From an uncultured Candidatus Saccharibacteria bacterium (lineage in GTDB: Bacteria; Patescibacteriota; Minisyncoccia; UBA6257; 2-01-FULL-56-20): a DNA stretch of 64,000 nt. The stretch spans positions 11,639 through 75,638 of the forward strand of contig CAZYEL010000003.1 of assembly GCA_964646415.1 (NCBI GenBank). Reading direction: 5' to 3'. Positions 47,630 through 57,641 of the stretch are shown one piece after another. Under the pieces are notes generated by a model. That model saw nothing but the letters and a program-made list of their open reading frames with translations, was not told the origin of the DNA and did not search any database. The translations under genes and the position numbers were made by a program. Positions within the stretch are counted from its first letter, which is position 1; each line of letters starts with the position of its first letter.

Positions 47630-48228
47630 GAATTCCGGGCAAGTTCCTTCTCTATGTGCGAAACCAAACGCACATACACCTTTTCGCGCGTCCCTATTCC
47701 GGAAACTTTCTTGAACCGATAGTGGCTTTTCAAAAACACCACGACTGCGGGAATATTTTTTGCATAATATTTCATCCGGTTCTTGAGGTGTTCCATCTCG
47801 TCATCCGATCGCTTCTCAATGCGTGCCCGGATACCCACCCGCTTCAACATTTCTTTCCTCGGAATGGAAAGATAGATCGCAAGAGGGTCGGTACGCCCCG
47901 CCTCACGAAACCATCTATATACGAGCTTCGCTTCACCAAGCATCTTCGGATTGCCGTTAAAAAACACTCCTCTCTTTTTCGGAGTATTGAAAATCACTTC
48001 CTTGAATTTTGCGCGGGCGAGGTGCGTGGGCGTGAGCATGCCTTTTCCCGAAGTTTCCCCGAATTTGAAAGCGCTTCGCGCGCGGGCGCTTTTGAGCGAC
48101 CGAAGCCAGCCGCCGAAATCGAATTCTTGCAACAAGGGATATTCTTTTAACAGGCGCCGCGCCTGCGTCGCCTTACCCGCAGACGGGTCACCGAGAAGAA
48201 TCAGATTGAAAATTTTACTTTGTTTCAT
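47620..48228 (-). CDS. Divergent adenylate-kinase-family protein
   Basis: GDPSAGKAT P-loop variant, GNPK, RSDD; highly basic. Confidence 0.75.
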   Translation of the reverse strand: MKQSKIFNLILLGDPSAGKATQARRLLKEYPLLQEFDFGGWLRSLKSARARSAFKFGETSGKGMLTPTHLARAKFKEVIFNTPKKRGVFFNGNPKMLGEAKLVYRWFREAGRTDPLAIYLSIPRKEMLKRVGIRARIEKRSDDEMEHLKNRMKYYAKNIPAVVVFLKSHYRFKKVSGIGTREKVYVRLVSHIEKELARNSCL

Positions 48229-48806
48229 GCTGCGATTCCAAACGCGCGCCACACGTTCTTCTCGACGTCGCCGACGGAAGGTTTCCCGTCAATGGTGAAA
48301 AAATCGGTCCGCTCGCGAAGCATGCCCAACATCGGTACCGTGTTTGTTTCATAATCCGCAAGCCGCCGCTCGATTGCCGCGCGCGTGTCGTCGCTCCTCC
48401 CCTCCTTCTCCGCACGAAGCAGGAGCCGCTTTAAAGATTCTTCCTTCGGTATGTCCAAAAACACCGTCGCGAAACGCGCCTTGCCACGGGATTTCAAAAG
48501 ACCAAGCAAAAATTCCGCCTGACCCACTCGCCGGGGAATGCCATCGAATACGATACCCTTCTCGCGCGGGAGGGATTCGAGTTCCCGCGCCACCACGCTG
48601 AGAAGTTCTTCGTCCGTAAAAAGCCTTCCCGTTTTCAAAATGTCCCGTGCGCGCTCACCGCTTGAAGTAACCACTTCGGCGTTTTTCCGGAGAATCGCTC
48701 CCGTGTCCCAAAAGAAAAAAGCGAGCTTGTCCGCAAGCACCTTTGCCTGCGTACCTTTGCCCGAACCTTGGGGGCCTAATACGAAAATTGCGTCAAAACT
48801 CTTCAT
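48225..48806 (-). CDS. adk: Adenylate kinase (short LID)
   Basis: GPQGSGKGT, DGIPR, GRSDD; follows secY. Confidence 0.88.
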   Translation of the reverse strand: MKSFDAIFVLGPQGSGKGTQAKVLADKLAFFFWDTGAILRKNAEVVTSSGERARDILKTGRLFTDEELLSVVARELESLPREKGIVFDGIPRRVGQAEFLLGLLKSRGKARFATVFLDIPKEESLKRLLLRAEKEGRSDDTRAAIERRLADYETNTVPMLGMLRERTDFFTIDGKPSVGDVEKNVWRAFGIAA

Positions 48807-48893
48807 GGAGTATTCGCGAATAATGCTAATTTGGATTCAATAATGCGAATCCTATTTGCGTTATTTGCCTCAATTCGCGTTATTAGCGATTAC
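48807..48893. repeat. ~9-nt periodic inverted repeat element (GCGAATAA../..TTATTTGC), 'empty' copy
   Basis: Near-identical copy at 63532-63660 (with inserts) and shorter copy at 50175-50231. Confidence 0.85.
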
Positions 48894-48895
48894 TC

Positions 48896-50167
48896 CTATT
48901 GTATGCCTTCGTACTCCCGCACGGTAAGCTGGGAATCAATCTGCCGCATGGTCTCAAGAGCAACCGCCACCACGATGAGAAGCGCCGTACCGCTCACGGT
49001 CAAAACCGCCACGCCCGTAAGCGACTGCACAATGATAGGCAGCACCGCAATGAGCCCGAGGAAAATGGCCCCGAAGAACGTGACGCGGTTCACTGTCTTT
49101 GAGAAATACTGCTCCGTCATCTCGCCGGGACGGATTCCGGGAATAAAGCCGCCGCCACGCTGGAGATTTTTCGCAACCTCCGAAGGGTTGAACGTAATAG
49201 AGGTGTAAAAATAGGTGAATGCGAACACGAGGAAGAAGTAAATGATGCCGTAGAACAACTGATTATTCAATACGCGGACCACAAACTCGTTCACCTGCAC
49301 GCCCACGGCAGGAATAAACGCCGTGAGAATCTGCGCAATGAACTGGGGGAAAAGCAATACGGAAATCGCGAAAATCAAGGGAATCATGCCCGCTTGGTTC
49401 ACTTTAAGCGGCAGATAGCTCGAAACGCCGCCATACATCTTCATTCCGCGCACGCGGCGCGCGTAGGCGACGGGAACTTTGCGTTCACCCTCGTTCAGAT
49501 ACACCACACCGAGGATTACGAGGAGAAGCACCGCCACGAATCCGATATACGTGGGAAGGCGGGCGGGGGTATAGGAGAGGAACGCGAGGCGTATGTCACC
49601 CGGAAGCTGGCTCACAATCCCCGCCAGGATGATGAGCGAAACGCCGTTCCCTACCTTGTGCTCCGTAATGAGTTCCCCGAGCCACAACGCAATCATAGAC
49701 CCGGCGGTAATCGCCGCCACGTTGGTGAGCATGTTCCACACACTCGGCTGGTCAATCACTCCTTGCGAAACAAGAAGCGTAAGGAATCCGTACGCATTAA
49801 ACACCGCGAGCGGCACGGTAAGAAGCCGGGAGTATTGGTTAAACTTCGCCCGCCCGCGCGCGCCGTCCTCGTAATACATCTCCTTAAACTTCGGGAAGAT
49901 GAGCGTCAAGAGCTGCATGATGATGGTTGCCGTAATGTAGGGTCCCACTCCCAGCATCATCACGGAAAGATTCTCCAGCCCGCCCCCCGAGAAAAAGTTC
50001 AAGAAGCCAAGAAGCTGGTTGGAATTGAAATAGTTTTCAAGCCGCAAGGCGTCGACGCCCGGAATGGGAATCGCCGCAAGGAAACGGTATGCGACAAGAA
50101 ACCCCAACACCATAAGCACTTTCCTGCGGATATCGGGCACACGAAAAATTTGGAGGAATCGGTTCAT
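48896..50167 (-). CDS. secY: Preprotein translocase SecY
   Basis: LGVGPYITA, GNGVS, PGIRPG, GTALLI. Confidence 0.96.
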   Translation of the reverse strand: MNRFLQIFRVPDIRRKVLMVLGFLVAYRFLAAIPIPGVDALRLENYFNSNQLLGFLNFFSGGGLENLSVMMLGVGPYITATIIMQLLTLIFPKFKEMYYEDGARGRAKFNQYSRLLTVPLAVFNAYGFLTLLVSQGVIDQPSVWNMLTNVAAITAGSMIALWLGELITEHKVGNGVSLIILAGIVSQLPGDIRLAFLSYTPARLPTYIGFVAVLLLVILGVVYLNEGERKVPVAYARRVRGMKMYGGVSSYLPLKVNQAGMIPLIFAISVLLFPQFIAQILTAFIPAVGVQVNEFVVRVLNNQLFYGIIYFFLVFAFTYFYTSITFNPSEVAKNLQRGGGFIPGIRPGEMTEQYFSKTVNRVTFFGAIFLGLIAVLPIIVQSLTGVAVLTVSGTALLIVVAVALETMRQIDSQLTVREYEGIQ

Positions 50168-50201
50168 AGAGCAGTCGCGAATAATGCGAGCGTTATTTGC
50201 G

Positions 50202-50678
50202 TTATTTGCCTTGATTCGCGTTATTCGCGACTACTCCCCCAGCCTTCTCAATTTTCATTCTAGCAGATGCGGAAGTCGGAATGCCCCGCACTTCAATCGC
50301 GATATCAATCTCGCCGCCGCCCAGAATCTTCACCGCTCCGCGGAACTCCGTCGGTACGATTCCTGTTTGCACAAGCACCTCGGGGGTAACCGTCACTAAT
50401 GTTCCCTTGTTTCCCTGAAGAGGCCGGAGGGCGGACGCGAGCGCTTCGAGACTCAACGGTAGAGCGCGATCGCTTTTCGGTTTATTGCGGAAACCCCGGC
50501 GCTTCGGAATCCGGATAATCAAATCCCGCACCGCAGGCCGCATACGCCGACCCGCGCGGGACTTTTGCCCTTTCACACCGCGACCCGAATAACTCCCGCG
50601 TTTCCCGCCGCGTCCGATGCGTATCGCGCGCTTCCGCGCCGGAATTCTTTTTACATCATGAAGTTGCATGGATGTCAT
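50202..50678 (-). CDS. rplO: 50S ribosomal protein L15
   Basis: GRGGKRG.SGRG.KGQKSR; KIEKAGG. Confidence 0.9.
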   Translation of the reverse strand: MTSMQLHDVKRIPARKRAIRIGRGGKRGSYSGRGVKGQKSRAGRRMRPAVRDLIIRIPKRRGFRNKPKSDRALPLSLEALASALRPLQGNKGTLVTVTPEVLVQTGIVPTEFRGAVKILGGGEIDIAIEVRGIPTSASARMKIEKAGGVVANNANQGK

Positions 50679-51166
50679 TGATTTCCTGTACCCGCTGTTT
50701 TTACCCGTGCCGGACGCAATTTTCGAAGCGCGGCGATTGTCGCCAAGCCGTTGGTAAGCTTATTGGGCGTCCTTCCCAAACACTTCGCCGTTGCATCTTT
50801 CACCCCTGCAAGCGCAAGCACCGCGCGCACCGCGCCACCCGCACGGATACCGTGCCCGGAAGGAGCCGGCTTCAAGAGAACGCGCGCCGCGCTGTACTTC
50901 GCATATACCTGGTGGGGAATCGTCCGGTTGTCGAGAAGCGAAACCGAAAACAGCGCTTTTTTTGCAGCCGCCTTCGCTTTCGCAACCGACTGCGCCACAT
51001 CAATACCCTTCGCGATGCCGATGCCCACCTGTCCCTTCTCGTCGCCGAGCACGAGAGTCACCCGGAAACGGAAACGCTTCCCTCCCGCAACCACGCGCGT
51101 CACGCGGCGAAGGTCGAGCATCTTCTCCTTAAATCCCTCTTTTCTTGCCGTAGAAATCTCACGCAT
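50675..51166 (-). CDS. rpsE: 30S ribosomal protein S5
   Basis: RVTRVVAGGKRFRF. Confidence 0.95.
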   Translation of the reverse strand: MREISTARKEGFKEKMLDLRRVTRVVAGGKRFRFRVTLVLGDEKGQVGIGIAKGIDVAQSVAKAKAAAKKALFSVSLLDNRTIPHQVYAKYSAARVLLKPAPSGHGIRAGGAVRAVLALAGVKDATAKCLGRTPNKLTNGLATIAALRKLRPARVKTAGTGNQ

Positions 51167-51170
51167 ATAA

Positions 51171-51527
51171 TTATAATTTGAGTCCCGCCGCACGCGCTCC
51201 TTCAGCCACCGCCTTCACGCGTCCATGATAGCGATAGGCCCCCCGGTCGAATGCCGCCTTCGCGACGCCCGCCTTGACCGCCCGCTCGGCAACAAGTGCC
51301 CCCACCCGCTCGGCAATGGAAGTTTTCCCTTTCTTATCTTTAACTTCGCGGCTTGACGCATACGCGAGCGTAATACCGCGGGCGTCATCAATAAGCTGGA
51401 CGTACATCCCGCGATTGCTGCGGAATACCGAAAGGCGAGGGCATGCCGCATTTCCCACAAGACGCGCGCGAGCACGGTTCGCCCGCCGCTTTCTTACTAC
51501 GTTCATATGTGCCCTTGAGTTTGCCAT
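51171..51527 (-). CDS. rplR: 50S ribosomal protein L18
   Basis: PRLSVFRSN, FDRG.YRYHGRV. Confidence 0.95.
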   Translation of the reverse strand: MANSRAHMNVVRKRRANRARARLVGNAACPRLSVFRSNRGMYVQLIDDARGITLAYASSREVKDKKGKTSIAERVGALVAERAVKAGVAKAAFDRGAYRYHGRVKAVAEGARAAGLKL

Positions 51528-51531
51528 TTTT

Positions 51532-52080
51532 TTATGCCGCCGCACCCGCAGTCGCCGCCGCTTTTTTGCCCGCTTTTCTGCGAATAACCTCTCCTTTATA
51601 GCGAATTCCTTTCCCCTTGTAAGGTTCCGGCGGCTTCAACGCGCGGATACGCGCCGTCACTTCTCCCACCAGGGTTTTATCCGAACCGGATACCTTTACG
51701 CTTCCCTTTTCCACGGCAACTGCAATGCCGTCCGGAAGAGGCACGCGAACCGGGTTCACAAACCCAAGGTTCAACACGAGCGTCTTCCCTTCGAGTGCGG
51801 CTTTGAAACCCACGCCTTCAATTTCCAAGACTTTGGTAAATCCCTGTGAAACACCCTCAACCGCATTTCTCGTGTGCGCCCATACCGTGCCGCACGATGC
51901 GGAAAATTCCTCATCGGGACATTCAAAAGAAACTTTCTTCTCCTCGCACATCACGCGCACTCCGTGAAGTACGGGAACCACAAGCGTGCCTTTCGGCCCC
52001 TGCACGGTAATCTGCCCTCCCTCCTCGCGGGCGCTCACGCCGTCGGGAATATGAATCGGTTTTTTGGTAAGACGAGACAT
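51532..52080 (-). CDS. rplF: 50S ribosomal protein L6
   Basis: PEPYKGKGIRY. Confidence 0.95.
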   Translation of the reverse strand: MSRLTKKPIHIPDGVSAREEGGQITVQGPKGTLVVPVLHGVRVMCEEKKVSFECPDEEFSASCGTVWAHTRNAVEGVSQGFTKVLEIEGVGFKAALEGKTLVLNLGFVNPVRVPLPDGIAVAVEKGSVKVSGSDKTLVGEVTARIRALKPPEPYKGKGIRYKGEVIRRKAGKKAAATAGAAA

Positions 52081-52084
52081 GTTT

Positions 52085-52465
52085 TTACCAAACTTCAAAG
52101 AGATACTCGCCTCCCACATTTTGCTTGCGAGCCTCGACATTGCTCATTACCCCCTTTGAAGTCGAAAGAATAGCCACGCCAAACCCTTGCCGCACCGGCT
52201 TCAACTCCGCATACGGCCGGTACACCCGCCGCCCGGGTTTACTCATAATCTTTACTCCTTCAATACGGGGCTTTCCGCTTTCGTACTTTAGCCGCACCTC
52301 AAGCATGCTCCGTCTGCCAACCGTTTTCCGCTGCACGTCTTTTACGAAACGCTTTTCGGCAAGCGCGCGGAGCACCGCGTGGTCCACGCGGGAATAGGGA
52401 ACAAGCACGGATTCTTTCCCCGCCATCTGGGCATTTTTCACTTTTATAATCGTGTCGTAATACAT
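52085..52465 (-). CDS. rpsH: 30S ribosomal protein S8
   Basis: SKPGRRVY, STSKG, GGE. Confidence 0.95.
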   Translation of the reverse strand: MYYDTIIKVKNAQMAGKESVLVPYSRVDHAVLRALAEKRFVKDVQRKTVGRRSMLEVRLKYESGKPRIEGVKIMSKPGRRVYRPYAELKPVRQGFGVAILSTSKGVMSNVEARKQNVGGEYLFEVW

Positions 52466-52469
52466 GGTT

Positions 52470-52655
52470 CTACCAGGATGCTTTTTTCACCCCGGGGATT
52501 TCCCCGCGAGTCGCCATCTCGCGGAAACAGATACGGCACAGTTGGAAATCGCGCATATATCCGCGCTTCCTTCCGCAACGAAAACATCGCAGTACGAAAC
52601 GAGTACCGTACTTTGGCGCCTTGCGGCTGCGTGCTATAACGGATGCCTTTGCCAT
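52470..52655 (-). CDS. rpsN: 30S ribosomal protein S14 (zinc-binding type Z)
   Basis: RCFRCGR...LCRICFRE. Confidence 0.95.
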   Translation of the reverse strand: MAKASVIARSRKAPKYGTRFVLRCFRCGRKRGYMRDFQLCRICFREMATRGEIPGVKKASW

Positions 52656-52662
52656 AAAATCT

Positions 52663-53184
52663 TTATTTCCTTCCTTCCTTTATAAACGGCATTCCCAACT
52701 CGCGGTACATCGCCTCGGCGTGCTCGCGAACCCTTCTCCTTGGGACAATATTCATGCCAAGGGAAAAAGAAAGCGGAGACGCCTCCGGATTGATGTCGGG
52801 AAACACAACATGCTCCCGAACACCGATGTTCAAGACCCCTCTTTCGTCAATTGCATGCGGGTTAATGCCGTGAAAATCGCGAACGCGAGGCAGTACAATA
52901 CTAATGAATTTCTTGAAAAAATCAACCATCCGCGCGCGACGCAGCGTTACCCGAAGGCCCACAATTTGCCCTTCGCGCACTTTAAATCCGGCAACGGATT
53001 TGCGCGCGCGCCGTATCTCAGGTTTCTGCCCGGTGATAAGCGCCATATCTTTCATAAGCTGCGGCAGTATCTTCTCCTCGAATTGCGGCTGGGCGCTCAA
53101 ACGGCCAACGCCGGCATCCACAACTATTTTTTCGATGGCCGTTCCCACCTCAACATTTCCTTTTGTTTGATAATGCTGTTTCAT
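52663..53184 (-). CDS. rplE: 50S ribosomal protein L5
   Basis: ITGQKP, RVTLR, LPRVRDF. Confidence 0.93.
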   Translation of the reverse strand: MKQHYQTKGNVEVGTAIEKIVVDAGVGRLSAQPQFEEKILPQLMKDMALITGQKPEIRRARKSVAGFKVREGQIVGLRVTLRRARMVDFFKKFISIVLPRVRDFHGINPHAIDERGVLNIGVREHVVFPDINPEASPLSFSLGMNIVPRRRVREHAEAMYRELGMPFIKEGRK

Positions 53185-53195
53185 GTTCGCATGGG

Positions 53196-53504
53196 TTATA
53201 CTATTGCCTTGCACTTCTTGCATATTCTGTTCTTCTTGCCTTTGCCGTCCGCATGGTGCCCCACGCGAGTCGTGTTTTTGCAGGAAGCGCACACCAGCAT
53301 AACGTTCGAAGCATGAATAGGGCGCGGCAACGCCACCATCTCTCCCTTCTGCCCCACAGCCTTGGGTCGAGCCCTCTTTTTATAGAGATTCAAACCTTCC
53401 ACTACAAGGCGATTTTCTTGCAGGAGTACGCGAAGCACCGTCCCCGTCTTGCTGCGGTCCTTGCCCGTCATTATTTTTACCTGGTCGCCTTTCTTGATAT
53501 CCAT
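53196..53504 (-). CDS. rplX: 50S ribosomal protein L24
   Basis: IKKGDQV..GKD KOW; IHASNV. Confidence 0.95.
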   Translation of the reverse strand: MDIKKGDQVKIMTGKDRSKTGTVLRVLLQENRLVVEGLNLYKKRARPKAVGQKGEMVALPRPIHASNVMLVCASCKNTTRVGHHADGKGKKNRICKKCKAIV

Positions 53505-53510
53505 GGTATT

Positions 53511-53879
53511 TTAGACAATTTCTTCCGCCATCGTCATAAGTTTCTCGAACCCGCGGCCCTTGAGCTCACGCGGCATGGGCCCGAACACCCTGGTCGCCAC
53601 CGGTTCCTTCTTTGCATCGACAAGCACCACCGCGTTTTCATCAAACCGAACGTAGGAGCCGTCGGAACGCCGCATCGCCGCGCGCGAGCGCACGACAAGC
53701 ACCCTCACTACATCCTTCTTTTTAATCGTCTTGCGCGGCTCGGCTACTTGCACCGAAGCCACCACGATATCCCCCACTCGCGCATAGTGACGCCGCGTGC
53801 CTCCCAAAACGCGAAAACACCGGACGATTTTGGCGCCACTGTTATCGGCTACTTTCAATATAGAACGTTCTTGAATCAT
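53511..53879 (-). CDS. rplN: 50S ribosomal protein L14
   Basis: VADNSGAK, FDENA. Confidence 0.96.
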   Translation of the reverse strand: MIQERSILKVADNSGAKIVRCFRVLGGTRRHYARVGDIVVASVQVAEPRKTIKKKDVVRVLVVRSRAAMRRSDGSYVRFDENAVVLVDAKKEPVATRVFGPMPRELKGRGFEKLMTMAEEIV

Positions 53880-53900
53880 GGTACTAACTTAGGTTATAAG

Positions 53901-54155
53901 TTATGCGTTTACCTTCCCGACTATCTTCCACCTTTTCTCCTTAGATAGAGGACGCGTTTCTTCGATAATGACGCGCATGCCGACCGCATATTCATTCTTC
54001 TCATCGTGCGCCTTCACCCGCGTGGTGACGGTATAATACTTATGGTACTTGGGATGTTTCTTACCCTGCGAGATCGCGACCACGCGCGTCTTGCTCATGC
54101 GGTCCGAAACCACCACCCCCTCACGGATTCTTTTTTTTGTTTCTTGTTGCATCAC
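53901..54155 (-). CDS. rpsQ: 30S ribosomal protein S17
   Basis: GVVVSD, AHDE, ETRPLSK. Confidence 0.95.
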   Translation of the reverse strand: MMQQETKKRIREGVVVSDRMSKTRVVAISQGKKHPKYHKYYTVTTRVKAHDEKNEYAVGMRVIIEETRPLSKEKRWKIVGKVNA

Positions 54156-54373
54156 TTTGTAGTTGTAGATAGTACGGCATCAGCCTGCTCCCGCAATAAT
54201 GTAGCCATACGCGCAATTCCTTTCCTCGTACTCCGAAGTTCCGCCACATTCTTCACCTTTCCTGCCGCCAAGTCAAACCGAAGCTTCCGAAGCTTCTCGC
54301 GCGCTTCGGCAACCATCTTCTGAAGTTCCGCTGTCGGTTTCGTCTTTAATTGTGCGAAATCGCGCCGCTTCAT
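54152..54373 (-). CDS. rpmC: 50S ribosomal protein L29
   Basis: LRF...KN..RK.IAR; position in operon. Confidence 0.88.
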   Translation of the reverse strand: MKRRDFAQLKTKPTAELQKMVAEAREKLRKLRFDLAAGKVKNVAELRSTRKGIARMATLLREQADAVLSTTTK

Positions 54374-54374
54374 T

Positions 54375-54788
54375 TTATCCTTTTTCTATTATCCTGCTTT
54401 TGAAAGGAAGTTTGTGTCCCGCAAGCGTAAGAGCTCTTTCCGCTACTTCTGATTCCACGCCGTCCACCTCAAATACCACGCGTCCGGGGAGCACTCTCAC
54501 GACATAGTGGTCCACGCTCCCTTTGCCGCCTCCCATCGTGGTTTCCGGTGGACGCTTGGTAATGGGCTTATCGGGAAATACGCGAATCCAAAGGCGGCCC
54601 CGCCGGTTCATATGCCCCGTAATCGCTTTTCTTGCCGCTTCAATCTGGCGCGAGTTGATCCTCGCGGGTTCGAGCGCTTTCAAGCCATACTGGCCATACG
54701 CCACGGAAAGACCGCGCGTCTCCACCTTCCGTTTTTTGGAGCGGCCCTTATGCCATTTCCGGTGTTTTACTTTTTTGGGGATAAGCAT
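54375..54788 (-). CDS. rplP: 50S ribosomal protein L16
   Basis: QIEAAR, FPDKP, MGGGKG. Confidence 0.96.
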   Translation of the reverse strand: MLIPKKVKHRKWHKGRSKKRKVETRGLSVAYGQYGLKALEPARINSRQIEAARKAITGHMNRRGRLWIRVFPDKPITKRPPETTMGGGKGSVDHYVVRVLPGRVVFEVDGVESEVAERALTLAGHKLPFKSRIIEKG

Positions 54789-54818
54789 GGTAGTTGCCTA
54801 ATACAAATTGCAAATCGC

Positions 54819-55544
54819 TTATCGTTCAGAATCCCGATCAGCGCTTTGCGATTCGCCCTTTGCCTTCTCTTGGAATATCTCCCCTTTATAAATCCAAACT
54901 TTGATGCCCACCGTCCCATAACTCGTGAAAGCGGTAGCCGTGCCATAATCGATATCCGCGCGGAGCGTTTGCAACGGCAATGAACCGCGCGTGAGTCGTT
55001 CCCGCCTCGCTATTTCATTCCCGTCAAGCCTTCCACTCAAAAACACTTTTGCTCCTTTCACTTCCCGGTTCTGCATCATCTGCTCGATATACTTCTTCAT
55101 TGTGCGCCGGAATGGGAGCCGCTTCTCAAGGTCCCACGCAATTTGCTGTGCCACATACACCGCCGCAATCTGGGAACGCTTGAGCTCCTCCACATTCAAA
55201 GAAAGTCCGCTGGGGACGCCTTTCTCCTCCGCCGCGCCGCCGCGTCTCTTCCGCGCCAGCCGAAGTTCTTTCTCAATCGCCTTGGTGAGATCTTCAATGC
55301 CTTTGCCGCCGCGCCCGATGATAAAACCGGGGCGCGCTGCCTGAATCGAAACTTTCAATTTATTCGAAGTTCGCTCGATTTCCAGCGAGGAAACGCCCGC
55401 CTGGGCGATTTTCCCTCTAACCACTCGCCGGATTACTTCATCTTCCTCAAGGAAACGCCCGTAGTTCCCTTTGAGAAGCCACCGTGCGGGCCAATTTTTC
55501 ACCACCCCCATGCGGAGCGATATTGGATTGATTTTCTGTCCCAT
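54819..55544 (-). CDS. rpsC: 30S ribosomal protein S3
   Basis: MGQKINP, PLQTLRADIDY. Confidence 0.96.
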   Translation of the reverse strand: MGQKINPISLRMGVVKNWPARWLLKGNYGRFLEEDEVIRRVVRGKIAQAGVSSLEIERTSNKLKVSIQAARPGFIIGRGGKGIEDLTKAIEKELRLARKRRGGAAEEKGVPSGLSLNVEELKRSQIAAVYVAQQIAWDLEKRLPFRRTMKKYIEQMMQNREVKGAKVFLSGRLDGNEIARRERLTRGSLPLQTLRADIDYGTATAFTSYGTVGIKVWIYKGEIFQEKAKGESQSADRDSER

Positions 55545-55644
55545 GTCGACTAGATAACTTTTAACATCGAGGTCTTAGCTTTTAGGTTGAGATTGTAACA
55601 TGCTTTCCCGCTTTTGCCACGTATCGTTTGCAGCTCAGAGCTCT

Positions 55645-56160
55645 TTATACTGATTTCCGCCTGAACATACGCTTCCAGAATCCTTGCTGTTTTCCCGGCG
55701 CGCGGGGTTCCGCACTCTCGGCCCCCGGCGTTCCCCCGGTCTTCTCTTTCTTCGGGCGATGGCGGTGTTCGTGTGATGCCTTTGGTTTGCGCTCCACCAC
55801 GATGGAGAAACGCGAAGGGCGCGGCGTCGAAGATTCGGTGAGTATCAGCGTTATCCTGCTCATTTTCTTCTGAATAGGAGTTGCCATCCCCCGCGCACGG
55901 GGAAGAGAACGCTTGAGCATTGTTCCCTGGTCCACGCGAATCTCGGAAATCACGAGGTTTCCCGTTTCGATTTTCTGCTGCGTTGCGTTCGCAACCGCAG
56001 AGCGAAGAAGCTTCAGAAGCGGCTTCGCCGCCCGCCGGCGCTGGAACATGAGTTCCGCCTCCGCTTCGTTCACCATTCTGCCGCGGAGCAAATCGGCAAT
56101 CGCACGAACCTTTCGGGGGGTCATGTGCAGATGATTCAATTGTGCGGAGATTCGTGCCAT
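55645..56160 (-). CDS. rplV: 50S ribosomal protein L22 with C-terminal extension
   Basis: PRKVR, SAVANA, PRARG. Confidence 0.93.
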   Translation of the reverse strand: MARISAQLNHLHMTPRKVRAIADLLRGRMVNEAEAELMFQRRRAAKPLLKLLRSAVANATQQKIETGNLVISEIRVDQGTMLKRSLPRARGMATPIQKKMSRITLILTESSTPRPSRFSIVVERKPKASHEHRHRPKKEKTGGTPGAESAEPRAPGKQQGFWKRMFRRKSV

Positions 56161-56166
56161 GGTGTT

Positions 56167-56496
56167 CTATTTCTTTGCTCCCGCTGCAGGCGCAGTAGGC
56201 GCGGCTGCCCCTTCCGCCTTCTGCTCAAGGTCACGCTGCATTTTCCCTCCGTGCTTCGTAAACCGGCGCGTCGGTGAAAACTCTCCCAACCGATGCCCGA
56301 CCATTTCTTCACTTATCCTCACTTCAACGAAGTCCTTTCCGTTGTGGACGGCGAACATAAACCCCACCATTTCGGGAGCGATTTCCGACGCACGGGACCA
56401 TGTTTTTATTGCAGGCGCATGCTCCGCCTTCAAACCCGCAATCTTTTTCAAAAGACGCGGGTCTACGTACGGGCCTTTTTTGGATGAACGTGACAT
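56167..56496 (-). CDS. rpsS: 30S ribosomal protein S19
   Basis: KTWSR, VHNGK, GHRLGEF. Confidence 0.96.
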   Translation of the reverse strand: MSRSSKKGPYVDPRLLKKIAGLKAEHAPAIKTWSRASEIAPEMVGFMFAVHNGKDFVEVRISEEMVGHRLGEFSPTRRFTKHGGKMQRDLEQKAEGAAAPTAPAAGAKK

Positions 56497-56522
56497 AAGA
56501 GCAAATGAAAAGTTTTTGGTTT

Positions 56523-57356
56523 TTAGTGAGTACCCCTCGGACGGCGCGAAACAATGAAGGGGTTCGACCACTTGCGGCGGTTACGCGTCCTCCGTCCTCC
56601 GGTTACTTTGCCCCACAGCGTTTTAGGCTTCCGCGTACCGCGCGGCTGCCGGCCTTCACCACCTCCATACGGGTGGTCCACCGGATTCATCACCGAGCCG
56701 CGAACTGTCGGGCGCACTCCCCGCCATCGAGACCGTCCCGCTTTTCCTATAACCACCAAATTGTGTTCCGGATTGGACATCTGCCCGAGCGATGCAAACG
56801 CCTCCCACGAAACCCGGCGGACCGCACCCGAAGATAACTTGAGGTCGGTATGCCCATCGGCATTCGCGAGCACTTCCGCATAGGACCCGGCGGAACGCGC
56901 GAGCGCGCCGCCACTCCCGGGGCGGGTTTCCACATTATGCACTTGATATCCCACGGGGATACTTTTGAGCATCATACGATTTCCTATCTTGAGCGGCGCG
57001 GAGCTTGCCGTCACAACTTCATCTCCCTCCTTCAGTCCGTGCGGTGCAAGCACGTAACGAAGCGTCCCGTCGGCAAATTGCACTCTCGCGATAAACGCCG
57101 TGCGGTAGGGGTCGTACTCAATACCAAGCACTTTTGCCGGTTCGTTGATGCGCTCCTGGCGAAAATCCACCATGCGATACCGGCGTTTTACGCCACCTCC
57201 CTGATGCCGCATCGTAATCCGCCCCGCAGAATTCCGTCCCGCGTGCGACTGTAAGGTTACCAGCAGCTTTTTAACCGGCTTCGCCTTGCTCAGGCCTCGG
57301 TAATCCACTCCCGTCATAAAACGCCGCGATGGCGTGTAGGGTGCGTAAGACTTCAT
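56523..57356 (-). CDS. rplB: 50S ribosomal protein L2
   Basis: [19 protein letters not shown]. Confidence 0.97.
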   Translation of the reverse strand: MKSYAPYTPSRRFMTGVDYRGLSKAKPVKKLLVTLQSHAGRNSAGRITMRHQGGGVKRRYRMVDFRQERINEPAKVLGIEYDPYRTAFIARVQFADGTLRYVLAPHGLKEGDEVVTASSAPLKIGNRMMLKSIPVGYQVHNVETRPGSGGALARSAGSYAEVLANADGHTDLKLSSGAVRRVSWEAFASLGQMSNPEHNLVVIGKAGRSRWRGVRPTVRGSVMNPVDHPYGGGEGRQPRGTRKPKTLWGKVTGGRRTRNRRKWSNPFIVSRRPRGTH

Positions 57357-57361
57357 AATAG

Positions 57362-57640
57362 TTATTTCCCGAAATCAATGGTTTCCCCTTTCCGCAGGGT
57401 AATGAGCGCCTTTTTATGCCCGCCTTGCATGCTGCGCAATGCACCCATGCGTTTCTGCTTCGCGGGGCGGCGAACAATATTTACTTGCATAACATGCACG
57501 CTGTACAAGCGCTCCACCGCTTTCCGAATTTCGGGCTTTGTCGCGTTCGGTTGTACTATAAAAACATACTTCCCCTCCTTTGTGAAGGAAAGTGCTTTCT
57601 CGGTCTGCCACGGTTTTTTGAGCGGAAAATGCGTCTTCAT
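57362..57640 (-). CDS. rplW: 50S ribosomal protein L23
   Basis: TEKA, KKALITL..G. Confidence 0.93.
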   Translation of the reverse strand: MKTHFPLKKPWQTEKALSFTKEGKYVFIVQPNATKPEIRKAVERLYSVHVMQVNIVRRPAKQKRMGALRSMQGGHKKALITLRKGETIDFGK

Positions 57641-57641
57641 G

